Counted from the first letter of the stretch, positions 31,012 to 42,949 are shown. The stretch is DNA of 64,000 bases from the human T2T-CHM13v2.0 reference genome, Homo sapiens (GCF_009914755.1 NC_060928.1); one strand, 5' to 3'. Made by a program: numbers and translations. The notes: a model not told the origin generated them from the letters alone.

Positions 31012-32594
31012 CTAACAGGGGACCACAGAACTCTTACCCTGCTCTATCCAGGGGGAAATTAAGAAGTCTGGACTTATTTCTTGTAGGATGATGTCTGGGG
31101 CTTCAGGCAACATAGCCATTTGTAGCTTGATAGATTCTAAACATGAAGAAATAAATCTGGTTAGCAAATTTACAGTGTAAGGGCCAAAAATGAACAACCG
31201 AAGAATTACAGTTAAGGGTCCTGTAAAATGGGCTATCCAACTTTTTGCAGTTGTTTAAACAGAATTTAGGGTGTTTTGTGCAGTTCATAAATTGGTTATA
31301 TTAGTTGCCTCAGTCAGATGTCCCACTACCTTGCCTGAGGAGTTAATATAGAAACAACATTCTTCTTTTCGAAAAATGCATAATCCCCTCCGATTAGCTT
31401 CGAGGAGACCTAGCCCCCTCCTGTTTTGTAAGACAATGCCTGCCTGGGAATCTATATGTCATTGTTCTTGGATAGCTGCTGTAATTTCTGCCAAAGCCTG
31501 TGTTTGTTGTGAAGACAAGTGAAGAGAAATGGACCCAAGTGTGGTTCCTAAAAGTCCTGTTATTGCAGTTGCTAAAGGATGTAATACTGCTGGAACTGCC
31601 CTTTTTACAAATGCATGGCTGTGTCTTATATGGAATGGGAATTTTGTACTAGCATTTGCATAAGACAGTCTTGGAAGTAAAGCAGTGATGCCGCAAGTCC
31701 CTTTCCATTGGCTCAGAAGACTCATGTACCCTGAATTTCCACATATGAAATAAACTCTTGCCCAGGGTCCAAAGATACTTCATATCCCCATGATGCTAGT
31801 TCCAAAGGTGTGTCTGAGCCACTAGAGGAAGTTCCAGTGAGTTGTTCCCATAAAAGTGTTCCAGCCACAGCAAGTTATGCATTAAGCCTAGAGTGGAAAG
31901 ATAAGCCGAGGTGGAATTTTAAGAATGATCTTTGGACCCCCCAAGCCAAAGCTTGAGCTAGAGGCAAAGATGAATTGTTGATTAACACTGTGGTCCAACC
32001 AGTGGAAATATTGGAAGAATTGGTATTACTTGTATATTGAGGTCGCCTTGGATCAGGATACTTAAGGAGGAGGAATTGTTTTTATTTTCCTAGTTTGCAA
32101 TATGAATTGATTTTTGTTTCTGAGGAATTATAATGTTTCTCTTGATTTGTCCAACTGAGGACAACCTCATATAAACAATTGTTTAGGGATCCCAGAAAGG
32201 TCCCATTCGTTTGGTGGGAAGTGAAACAAATTGGGAATTGGCTGTCTGAGGTTAGGTTGTGAAAAACCCTTACAGGATTTGGGGCATTTGTAAAATTTAA
32301 ATTTGGGTTGTTTCTTATGATCTGAGATAAGACTGTTAGGAATAAGCTTTCCACAGCTGGACTGGGATATGTAACTTCTGACTGGGTGGCAACAGTGACT
32401 CTGGCATTGACCTTGACTATATCTTCTAATGGTAATGGTAAAACTTCAGCTGATAGTGATCCTGAGGTACAAATGTAACAAGAAGTTAAGTTAGTTAGCG
32501 TGGCTAACTGTTGAATCTGTTTTAACACTTGGTATTGAAGCTGGACCCCCAATATTGGTGAAAATAGGATTATGGACATAAAAAGTGGTTCCAT
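31012..32594 (-). pseudogene. env: ERV env (disrupted by stops and a frameshift); N-terminal 170 codons open (32082-32594)
   Basis: Signal peptide and CYIC (CXXC); YFICG..SQWKGTCG; degenerate furin site FVKR|AV; [13 protein letters not shown]; CX6CC (CIFRKEECC); TM/cytoplasmic LFIFGPYTVNLLTRFISSCLESIKLQM. Confidence 0.9.
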
Positions 32595-32697
32595 TGTGGG
32601 GGAAGCAAGCAGTTAAATGATAAATATATATAAATAACTAGGATTACTTACTCCACGGTAACTATGCAACAAAGACACCAGCAAAGTCAGTAGGGAT

Positions 32698-35600
32698 TTA
32701 CCTATCTTTTGGATGCCTTTTAAACAGGTACTTCAGATCCTCCACAGGTTCACAGGGTAGCGACTGATGGGAGCTTTGGGTTCCAGGTCTGGAGCTTTAG
32801 GTATTGCAGGCTTGACCCTGGAAAGATGTATCCAACTATTTAATCCTAACACGTTAACTGCAGAGGGTGGTTATTATAACTTAAAAAGGTCCCTTCCATT
32901 GGGTTGTAGCTGCTGAGCAGGTGACCCCTCTTTCCATGTTTTAATAAGTACTCTATCTCCTGACCTAATCTTGGGTTGCTGGTTAGTTCCTCGTATGGAA
33001 AGCCTTTCATTCCAGAACCTTTGTAATGCTTGTTGAAATTTTCTCAGATTAATTAGGTATTTTATTAGCCCAGATGTTTCTGGATTAGTTATTCGATCAT
33101 TAGTTAAGAAGGGTCTCCAGCACAGCATTTCCTATGGGCTCATATTTACTTTTGCCCTTGAGGAGTTACAGAATCTCAAAAGGGGTACGGGTAGTAAACT
33201 GACCAAAGTTTCTGATGTTTCCTGGCATAGTTTAGCTAGTGCCCATTTTAGAGTTTGATTAGCTCTTTCTACTTTCCTGGAGGATTAAGGTCTCCATGCT
33301 GAACGTAAATAGTATTTAATTCTGAGCACCTTAGCCACCCCTTGAGTTATCTGGGAGACAAAGGATGGGCCGTTATCACTCTGGAGGCTTTGGGATAACT
33401 CAAACTGTGGAATTATTTATTTTAAGAGGACTTTTACACCTTCGTTAGCCTTTTCTGCTCTAGTAGGGTAAGCTTCAACTTAGCCTGTAAAGGTATCTAT
33501 CAGTATTAGCAAAAAACTTGTATCATCTGCAAGCTGGCTCATGGGTAAAGTCCAAATGCCAGTCTTCCCCAGGGTAAGTTCCCCTTCTTTGGACTGGTTC
33601 CATTAGTGGAGGGATCTTGTTTCCTGGATTGTTAAATGCACACAGCAAGCAGCCTTGACAGACCTGCTTAGCTACTGAGGCTAAGTTAGACCCAATAAAG
33701 ACCCTGTTTGCTATGGCCAGAGTGGCATCTCTCCCCATCTGGAAACAGTTGTGCAGGGTTTCTAATAACCTTCCATTGGGCTGCTTGAGGGATATATACT
33801 TTTGATCCCATATACTACCAAGATCCTTGTTTCTGTCCCCCTTGCTCCCTTATAATCCGTTCCTCCTGTGATGTGTATTCAGGTTCTACTGGGGAATCAT
33901 AGAAGGGAAGCAGTGCTAAGATTTTTTGAGATTGCGCCTTGAAGTCCACTGCTTTTGCTTACCTGTCCGTCTTTTTGTTCCCTTGTGCTATAGGAGCTAA
34001 GGCCTTTGATACCCTCTACAATGGATTATAGCAATGGCTTTTGGCAAATGTATTGCCTCCAACAACTAGAGAATTTCAGGCCCATGCTCTACAGGCGAGT
34101 GGTTCCTAGTTAGTAGTCCTCTTTCTTTCCAAATTGCAGCATTAGCCTTAACCACAAGAAATACATATTTGGAGTCTGTACAGATATTAAGCTTTTTTCC
34201 TTTCCCCAATATCAGGACTCAGATAAGAGCAATTATTTCAGCTTTTTGTGCTGACATGCCTTGGGGATAGCAGTTGGACTTCAGTGATAGTGTTGTCATT
34301 TACTATTGTATATCCAGCCTGGCATTTCCCATTTGACGCAAAGCTGCTGCCATCTGTGAACCAGTCATTCTCTGAGTCTGGGAGTGGCCAATCTTTTAAA
34401 TCAGGTCAGCTTACATATGTATGTGTGATGACCTGCTCACATGAATGACCAATTATTGGGCCTGTGGGCAGCAATAGAGCTGGATTCAGGGTATTATGCG
34501 TTTTAAGAATTACCTCTGGATTGTCTAGAAGTATAACCTGGTACTTGGTTAACCTTTTCCTCATCATCCAAATATACCTTTTTATTTCCAAGACTGATTG
34601 CACCTGATGTGGTGTTAAAATTTCCAGTGGTTGACCTAGGGTGATTTTAGTCTCTTATTCCACTAAAATAGCAGTAGCTGTTTTTGCTTACAGGCAGCCT
34701 GGCCACCCCAAGTTCACACGTCCAATTTCTTGGAAAAATAAGCAGTTGGTCTGGGTTCTGATCCCAATTTTTGGGTTAGCACCCCCACAGCTGTGCCCTT
34801 CTTTTCTGCTACATGCAAGGAAAGGGGCTTAGTGAGGTCTGGGATGCCAAGAATGGGGGCTTGGCCAAATGCCTGTTTTAACTTGACAAAGGCTTTCCTC
34901 ACTTCTGGAGTCCATTCTACTAACTCATTTTATGGCCCCCTTGTTGCTTCATAAAGGGGCTTTGCTATGAGCCCAAAATTTGGTATCCATATCCTGCAGA
35001 ACCCCGCCATTCCTGAAAAGGAACAGAGCTGTTGTTTGGTATAAGGGGGTCCAGACTGCATATGACTTATACCTCTTCTGGGGATATCTGCTGGGCCCAA
35101 GGGTTTAGAATATAGCCCATATATTGGACTTATTGGAGGGTGATTTGAAATTTTTCTTTGACATTTTATATCCCCTGTCTTCCAGGAAATTCAAAACTTT
35201 TACAGTATTTTAGTCAGATGCTTCCTGGGTTGGGCTACACACAAGAAGGTCATCTACATATTGAAGTATGCTTCCATTTTCCAATAATAATGGAAAACCC
35301 TATAAAAATCCCTTTATAGGGTTTGAGCAAAGAAATGGGTGCTATCCCAAAAGCCCTGAGGGAGCACTGTCCAAGTGTATTGTTTTTCTTTGGTATCTGG
35401 ATTTTGCCTTTCAAAGGCAAAAAGGTGTTGAGACTCTGGGGCCAGAGGAATGGAAAAGAAGGCATCTTTCAGTTTTAGGACCAAGAACCATTTTGCATCC
35501 TGTGGCACCTGAGCCAAGACAGTGTATGGATCTGCCACCAATGGATGGATGGGGATAACAGCTTCATTGATTATTCTGAGATCCTATACTAGCTGATATC

Positions 35601-36227
35601 CCCTGAAGTTTTTAAGATGGATAAAATGGGAGTATTGCAAGGTGAATTGCAAGGCTTTAAAAGTTCATGAGTTAGCAATTCCTGAATTATGGGCCTCCAG
35701 CTTGATTGGATATGACTTTCAGTTTGGAAAATAGCTGGAGTCTTTTAAAGCTGTATTTTGACTGGCTTTGCCATTTTGGCTTTCCCTGGTTTCCCGGTAT
35801 ACCAAGCTAGTAGGTTAACCTGTTTGTTAATGGGGTCTGGGACACTGTTTATTTCCCCAACTGTCATCAATCCTGCTGGGCAGTGTTTATATTGTAGTAA
35901 TTCCCCTATTTTAACCATGACATCTGCCCCTAACAAGCGGACTGGGCAGCTTGGTATTACTAGAAACTCCTATTGGAAAATTTGCTTCTCAAATTGACAA
36001 GTTAAAGGAGGATCAAAGGATCTCATTTTTGGCTTCCCCTCCATTCCCATAACATTCATGGACTGGGAGGGAAGTTTTCCTGCACAAGCAATAAGGACAG
36101 AGTAATTTGCCGCTGTATCAAAAAGAAACTAAATTTGGGTGCCCATGATGTCCAGAGTTACCTGGGGCTCCTCAATAGTAATGATGATTTTCCTGGACAG
36201 GGACAGTGAGGAAGACTCCAGGCCACT
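32698..36227 (-). pseudogene. pol: ERV pro-pol (multiple stops and frameshifts)
   Basis: Protease FLFDTAA (about 36110-36130); RT LKDAFF, YTWTVLPQGF, LQYVDDLL (YVDD 35249-35260); RNase H WFTDGSS; integrase GEDWHLDFT, LQSDNGPSF, VERANQTLK; ends CEPVEDLKYLFKR..TAA. Confidence 0.92.
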
Positions 36228-37733
36228 TCAGTCTTCATCTAACTCCTCCTTTTACACTGCCAGAGTTTTGACTGACCAAGCCCCTCGGTGGGAGCAGGGG
36301 CAGTCAACTGGCCAGTGCCAACGGTCATGACTGGTGCCTTCACATTGATGGCAAGGGCCCAGTGCAGGCTTAGTATGGTCCTTTGCCCAATGCCTATCTT
36401 TTTTTGCACTTGAAGCAAGAGTCTTTGCTAGCGTTATCTTTGTAGCCCTTTGTGTTTCCCTTGGATGCTCTTTGGGCATTCAAGGCATCACTAATGATGG
36501 CTGCCATAATTCTGGCTTGCTGGGTTTTTTTTTTACTCTGTTCCCCTTTTCCTTCCTCCAGTTCATGATTGTTGTACACCATAAAGATGGTGTCAAGGAA
36601 CTGGTTTTGTCTATGGCCCCCTTTGCAGCTTCTGGAGCTTATGTCTAATGTCTGGGGTAGAGTGACTAATGAAATGTTGTGCCATTAATATCTTGCCTTC
36701 AGGAGAAGCAGGATCTAAGTTTGTATATATTTTAAAGGCTTCTTCTAGTCTACTGTAAAACATGGTTGGATTCTCTTCTTTCCCCTGAGTAATCTCCTTA
36801 AACTTATCATAGTTTACTCCCTTTGTTACACCTTTTTTCATTCCCCTCAGGGGTGCCTCAAGAAATTTAGTTTGATTATTCATTCTCATGGGGGTATTAT
36901 ATTTCCAAATGGGTTCAGTAGTAGGGACTGTATCTGCTCCCGATCTGTTGCCCTGCAGGCTACATGCAAAATGTTCATCAGTGTCCTGGCGAGCAGCCTC
37001 AAATATTCATTCCTTTTCCAGAGGTGTGCAACAGGTGGCCAAAATGAATTGCATGTCTCTCCAAGAAAGGTTGAAAGCCAAAGTCAAAGTCTGGAACCCA
37101 ACAGCAAATTTCTGAGTAACTGCCCAGTTTTTCCTTACATTGTTGGATATCAGTTATTAAGAAGGAGACCTGTACCCTGATGGGACCCTCAGTTCCTGCC
37201 ACCTCTCTGAGAGGTAGCAGGACAGGTGGTGTCATTGAATATGGTGTTCCTAAGCTAGTATGGGGAGGGATCGCTAGGACCCGTGACTCTTGTCCTTCTT
37301 TTGAAGCTTCAAGTGCACTTGGACCTGGATTATAGGAAGGTGGCTATTGTTCACCCTGACACATATGTACCCCTTGCAAGAGGGGGTTATCTACAGTATT
37401 CGGCTCAGTTTTAGGAGTTTCTTTCTGTGGAGAAGTGCTGGGAGCTTTGAAAATGGTAGGCTTTTGGTATAGGGCCATGAAGGCTTGCACATATGGTATT
37501 TCTGACCATTTGCCTTGTCTCTTACAAAATAGTTCTAATTGGAGGATGGTGTCATAATTGAGACTTCCATTGACTGGCCATTGCTCTTGACTCCCTAGCT
37601 GAAATTGAGGCCAAAAGGTGTTACAATAAAATATTAGGCATTTCTTTCACAGGTTTTCAGGGTCAAATTGATTCCAATGATTGAAGATGCAGCCAAGAGG
37701 GGAGTCAGATAGGACTGAAGGAATGTTTCCCAA
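36228..37733 (-). pseudogene. gag: ERV gag (disrupted; start codon apparently mutated to TTG)
   Basis: GNIPSVLSDSPLGCIFNHWNQFDPENL..QWPVNGSLNYDTILQLELFCKRQGKWSEIPYVQAF; CA PLREVAG; MHR NYDKFKEITQGKEENPTMFYSRL; NC knuckles CFKC..HWAKD and CHQC..HWPVDC; GAC-TGA stop in frame with pro. Confidence 0.9.
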
Positions 37734-37762
37734 CACTAATCTGTGGAAAAGAAGAAGGGAGT

Positions 37763-38213
37763 TGTCAGGCCTCTGAGCCCAAGCCAAGCCATTGAATCCC
37801 CTGTGACTTGCACATATATGCCCAGATGGCCCAAAGTAACTGAAGAATCACAAAAGAAGTGAAAATACCCTGCCCCGCCTTAACTGATGACATTCCACCA
37901 CAAAAGAAGTGAAAATGGCCAGTCCTTGTCTTAAGTGATGACATTACCTTGTGAAAGTCCTTTTCCTGGCTCATCCTGGCTCAAAAAGCTCCCCCACTGA
38001 GCACCTTGCGACCCCCACTCCTGCCCACCACAGAATAACCCCTTTGACTGTAATTTTCCTTTACCTACCCAAATCCTATAAAACTGCCCCACCCCTATCT
38101 CCTTTCGCTGACTCTCTTTTCAGACTCAGCCTGCCTGCACCCAGGTGAAATAAACAGCCTTATTGCTCACACAAAACCTGTTTGGTGGTCTCTTCACATG
38201 GACGCGCATGAAA
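37763..38213 (+). mobile_element. LTR7 (HERV-H) solo LTR nested in the ERV leader
   Basis: TGTCAGGCCTCTGAGCCCAAGCCAAGCC...GAAGTGAAAATGGCC...CCTATAAAA...CCAGGTGAAATAAA...GGACGCGCATGAAA; 5-bp TSD GGAGT. Confidence 0.95.
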
Positions 38214-38865
38214 GGAGTCTCATAGGTTCATGAGTTTACATCTAGAGTCTCCCTTAAGGGTGTCCCCTATTGAAGGATCTGGACTGTAATTTTGGTCCAT
38301 TTGGGCATCCCCCAAATGGACCTGTCCTCTGAGTGCCAGACGTCTCTAGCCATAGTGGGCACCAGTGCCATTTGAAGAAGGATCCTGCCATAATTGGTGA
38401 CCTATGATAAGTTTCCCTTTAGTTCCTGGGTGTAACCTTTGGCTTCTAGTATCCCTGTAGCTGGCCAAAAGAGTTTCTTCCCAAATGGTTTCCTTAATTA
38501 TTGTAGTAACTCTAGTTTGAAGGGCAAGGAATTGCAGACTGCCTAGTTTAAATTTGTTATTAGAGACTGGCCTCTCAATAAGATAGTAGAGTGCCCTCTG
38601 ACTATATGAGATAAACCAGGCACAGTAATTTCCCCATGGATCCACTGTGCAATTTATGCAATGATCCGAGAGTCTCCACCAGGAGTTTTCTTTTAGCACC
38701 AGATGTACTAAACTAAAACAATCTAGATCTGATCCCTCACAGAAGAAGCAGGGTACTCTCATTATCCAGGTGGTTGGCCCTAATCTTCAGGCTGATGCTA
38801 ATCCTTGGGCTCCCCACAGTCAGTTACCTGTTGTCCTGGCCCTTTGGGTTGGGGGGAGATCTCTA

Positions 38866-39384
<519 letters not shown>

Positions 39385-39398
39385 TTATCCTGTCACGT

Positions 39399-39892
39399 TG
39401 AGGCAGGAATTTAAAGAAAGTTTTGTACTGCATTTACTCACTCTAAGGATAGTAACAAGCAAGGCTATAGGAAGGTCATGGTGACCTAGTCTAAGAAGCC
39501 AGGAATGAGCTCCAAACACCCCTGAGCAATGGTTAAGAAAAACAAATTCCTTTACTGTTTCTCTTTCCTTAGACCATTAATTATGATTATTTTTGCCTAT
39601 GTTTAGAAAGATTTGTAGGTTCCTGTTTTTCTTTTGACGCAGCTGCAAGGCCACCAGCTAAGCAAAGCCAAAAGTTATGCAAATTTCAGCAGTTATGCTA
39701 TAGATTACAAAACCTGTCACTGTGTGATTTACTGCCTTGGTTCTGCTTTTTTAATTTAGCCTATATAAGCCAAGCTCTGTCTTTGTTCAGGGCTCAGCTT
39801 TTTGGATGCAAATCCACGGAGCCAGTGCACACCTTAATAAAATCCTCCTGCTCCACCCATTGGTCTTTCTGGTCCTCTGCTTTCCCGCAACA
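39399..39892 (+). mobile_element. Second solo LTR nested in the ERV leader (HERV-ERI group: HERV1_LTR/LTR4/LTR15-like)
   Basis: TGAGGCAGGAA...gcagctgcaaggcc...CCTATATAAG (about 39760)...AATAAA (about 39836)...TTTCCCGCAACA; TSD imperfect (ACGT/ATGG). Confidence 0.7.
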
Positions 39893-40031
39893 ATGGGAGT
39901 CTTCAAGCGGCCAGTGCCTTTTTCGTTCTTAACTGCCCAATCCGTGCCAGCAGAAGGCAGCTTTAAACCAAAGTGAAAGAGCTGAAGCAAAAAAGAAAGA
40001 AAATAAAAAGTCCCAGTTCTTCTGGGCTTAC

Positions 40032-40049
40032 CTCCTGGCTGGCTCACCA
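40032..40049 (-). promoter_or_regulatory. Primer-binding site for tRNA-Arg(ACG), immediately followed by a candidate major splice donor
   Basis: Minus strand TGGTGAGCCAGCCAGGAG matches 17/18 of the complement of the tRNA-Arg(ACG) 3' end (TGGCGAGCCAGCCAGGAG); next bases GTAAG. Confidence 0.9.
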
Positions 40050-40054
40050 AAATA

Positions 40055-40417
40055 TGTTACCAGATTGGAAGTTGGGAGTTCCAGGTTCTTGGTGTTATGA
40101 ACAAAGAATTGGATGAGACACACAAATAACCACCCCACAAAATTTATTAAGCAAAGAATATACCAGAGAGAGGAACGGGCTTATCTTCAAGTGGTGTCAG
40201 CCCTGGATTAATATAGCCTTTGTTCTTTTATACCCACTTCCTACACTTCTTTAACTCTAGGGAGGGGATTTCCTATAATTGTCATATCTGTTTTCTTGTT
40301 TTTTCTCTCTTAGTGCGCCTGCGTGAGCTTGCCATAATTTTAAGTGTATGTATGATAGGCATTCCATAGGTATGAGCTGGTCAGTCTTCTGACTTCCTTC
40401 CCTATTCTGCTGCCTCA
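40055..40417 (-). repeat. 5' LTR of the provirus (363 bp, about 130-bp U3 deletion relative to the 3' LTR)
   Basis: Same termini as the 3' LTR; the block corresponding to about 30750-30875 is absent. Confidence 0.9.
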
Positions 40418-40779
40418 GAAGGCCTATTTGGGAGAAAAGTAAACAGGAAAGAATGAAACTCCCTCTGACTGTCTGGGAAATTTTCAGGGGAGAAATGGAA
40501 TTCTAGGATTTTACTATGTGTTTTCCATCTGTGAGTGGACTATAACGGTTTATTTCAATTTAATTCCACTCACAAATGTTTTGCTGAGTAGAATAGTCTC
40601 TGACTCAAGGAATTCACATTTGGGGGCGGCAGAGAGAGACGGATCAACAAATGATTGTATTTTGATGGATGAATTCTATGGTTCTACAGAGAGCCTGCGG
40701 GAGATACTATTGTGGGATAATTAATTGCATTGGGTGGTTGTCAGGGAAAGTTGCAGAGACAACGTGATATCTGCGTTTG

Positions 40780-41540
40780 GGGATTACGTGGTGAGCAGGC
40801 GTTCACCTTGCAGGTGAAGGCTACTCCGCTGCAGGGACCGGTACTGGGGCGGCGTTTGTTCCCCGCACGCAGTAGGTGATCCACACCTCCCGCCGACAGG
40901 AGGAAGAGGATGCCAGCTCAGGCACCAGCTGAGGTTTGGCATTTGCTGGCCGCGGGCGCCGACCTCCAGGGGGCGCCGTGGCCTCGCGCTGTCCGGGCCG
41001 TTGCATTTCCGGGCACTGGGGCTCCGCCATCGTCGCCAAGCGCGTCCCCGCCGCGAGCCGCTAATCGTCCGCCGCTCCCGTTACCGGGGCAACCGCGGCG
41101 CCTCCTCCGTGTCGGCCCCGATCGTCCCTCCGCGCCATTTTCAAACTGCTCTAGCGCCGGAGCCCGTGCCCGGACGGAAGGAGCTAGTGGGGGACTCGAG
41201 GCCTGAGGGCAATGCGGCTGGAGGCGGAGGCAACGGCGGCTGGAGCTGCCGGTGAGTCCGGATGTGGGAGCCAGAGGGCCAGCTGCGGCGGTGGTGGCGC
41301 CTTCGCCTTCTGGGCGGTACCCGCGGGCCGGGCTCGGGCACTGCCGGGAGGCCGCGCGGCCGCGGGAGGAAGTGAGGCCAGGCCGGGTCAGACCGGGCGG
41401 GGAGGGGCGCGGGGACTCTTCCCACCCACCCCGCTCCCACACCCCCTTCCCGTCAACACCCGACGGTAAAGTTGCAAACCGGAGATTGGGTGGAGGAGAG
41501 CTTGGGCCGACTCGTCAAGGAGCGTCTGTGTGGGCCGTGC
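40780..41540. promoter_or_regulatory. CEP135: CpG island / CEP135 promoter
   Basis: Very high GC and CpG density; CTCF-like (40963-40976), RFX X-box (41080-41093), YY1 (41133-41141), inverted CHR TTCAAA (41140-41145), ETS-like CGGAAG. Confidence 0.9.
41130..41251 (+). other. CEP135: CEP135 exon 1 (5' UTR; start approximate)
   Basis: Strong donor CCG|GTGAGT after 41251 within the CpG island; the TSS cannot be fixed from sequence. Confidence 0.75.
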
Positions 41541-42949
41541 AGACAGGCTTGCTGTTGACCAATGGATAGATTTAAACATTAAAATGCCTTCTCAGTGTAG
41601 CAGTCATCCATGCTCTTTGTAACAAAAATGTCGCAAAGCGTAGGACGACAGCCTTTAATTAACCTTTGCCCAGCTCCTTTGAAGCCTCTCCACTGCTTTC
41701 CAGCCTTTACTACTTTGAGTTCAATAAGAAAGGACTCTGAGATAACCACAGCTAACGGGTTTCTTTGTTGTCGTTTGGGGTTTCTTGTTTATCTTCTTAA
41801 GCCCTGTGCACACATACATACAGCATTAAATGTACTGGTTTTGAGACGCCAACCCCCAGAGTTAAGTAGATGGATACTTCTACACATATATGTATGGGGG
41901 ACCCCCAAACCTAACCTTTTATGTTGCTTTGCTAGAAACTTAGAGTATAGCCACCATATTTGGATGGGGGTTATGGGGAAAGACAACAGTTCATGGGTGG
42001 GGACGGCCTAACATGTTTCTATCTGGGAGGATTTTAATCCGTCCTGTGTATTGAGGCCCTGGCCATGATTTATTGATTCATATTCATTCTCATTCTCTCC
42101 CCTCCAAAGCAGGATGTGAGGAGGTATTATCTCTGGGTAACTGGAGTTGGTAGCAAAGAGGGGAAATGTTTTGAGTGGTGCACCGCCTGTAAGTTTACAC
42201 CCTGCTAGTAATACACCTGGATTTGTCAGGTGTATTTCTGATGTCTGCAGGAATTTCCCTAAAAACCCTGCATCACTTAGGTGTCTCTTGTGGAAAGAAC
42301 CTAGGAAATCTATGAGGAAGCCATTCAAAAAAAGTTAACAAGAGCAAAGAGAAAGATATACAGAAAGGAGTGACCAAGGAGAGACTCAGGAGACCTGGTC
42401 TCTGATGACTGCCCACCTACTTTGTGGCCCCGTGGTTTTGGAAGAGTTACTTTCTTGAGGCAGCCTTTCCTCATGTTTAAGTAGGGATAATATCATTGGT
42501 CTTTCTCCCTCACAGGGTAGCTGTGAGGATCGACTTTTACATGTATGCTCATGCATGTAATGCATTTTTTATATATTGTGAAGAACAACAGATGTAAAAC
42601 AAAATTTTTATTTGGCTTAGAAATACGAGTACCATGACTACAGTTAGTTAGCAAAGGTTAGAAAAGAGCAGAGTTTCTAAAGAAATGATCTTTGGGCTGA
42701 GCATATTGGCTCACACCTGTAAACCTAGCACTTTGGGAGGTAGAGGTGGGAGAATACCTTGAGCTCAGGAGTTGGAGACCAGCCTGGGCCACATAGCAAG
42801 ACCCTGTCTCTAAAAAAGGTAACAATTAAAATAAAAAAAAAAAAGAAATGCTCTTTGGATAACTCCATTTTAGGGCAGATTGATAGGAATATATTCATAA
42901 ATATTTAAAAAGACAAAGATAAAAACTTGAACAGAGGTACTTATGTGTG

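Noticed and set aside
31012-32081. Possibility of a full-length syncytin-like fusogenic Env
   Set aside because: In-frame stops, a frameshift, a degenerate furin site (FVKR) and a stop before the ISD preclude an SU-TM protein.
38346-38762. 138-aa minus-strand ORF in the ERV leader (possible pre-gag accessory protein)
   Set aside because: No recognisable motif and no way to show conservation from this window; it lies within the putative leader intron.
40032-40049. tRNA-Arg 3'-end match suggesting a tRNA gene
   Set aside because: Only 18 nt, adjacent to an LTR; it is a retroviral PBS.
40918-41442. 174-aa minus-strand ORF and other overlapping ORFs in the CpG island
   Set aside because: Low-complexity G/A/R/P-rich frames are expected from stop-codon scarcity in GC-rich DNA; no recognisable domain.
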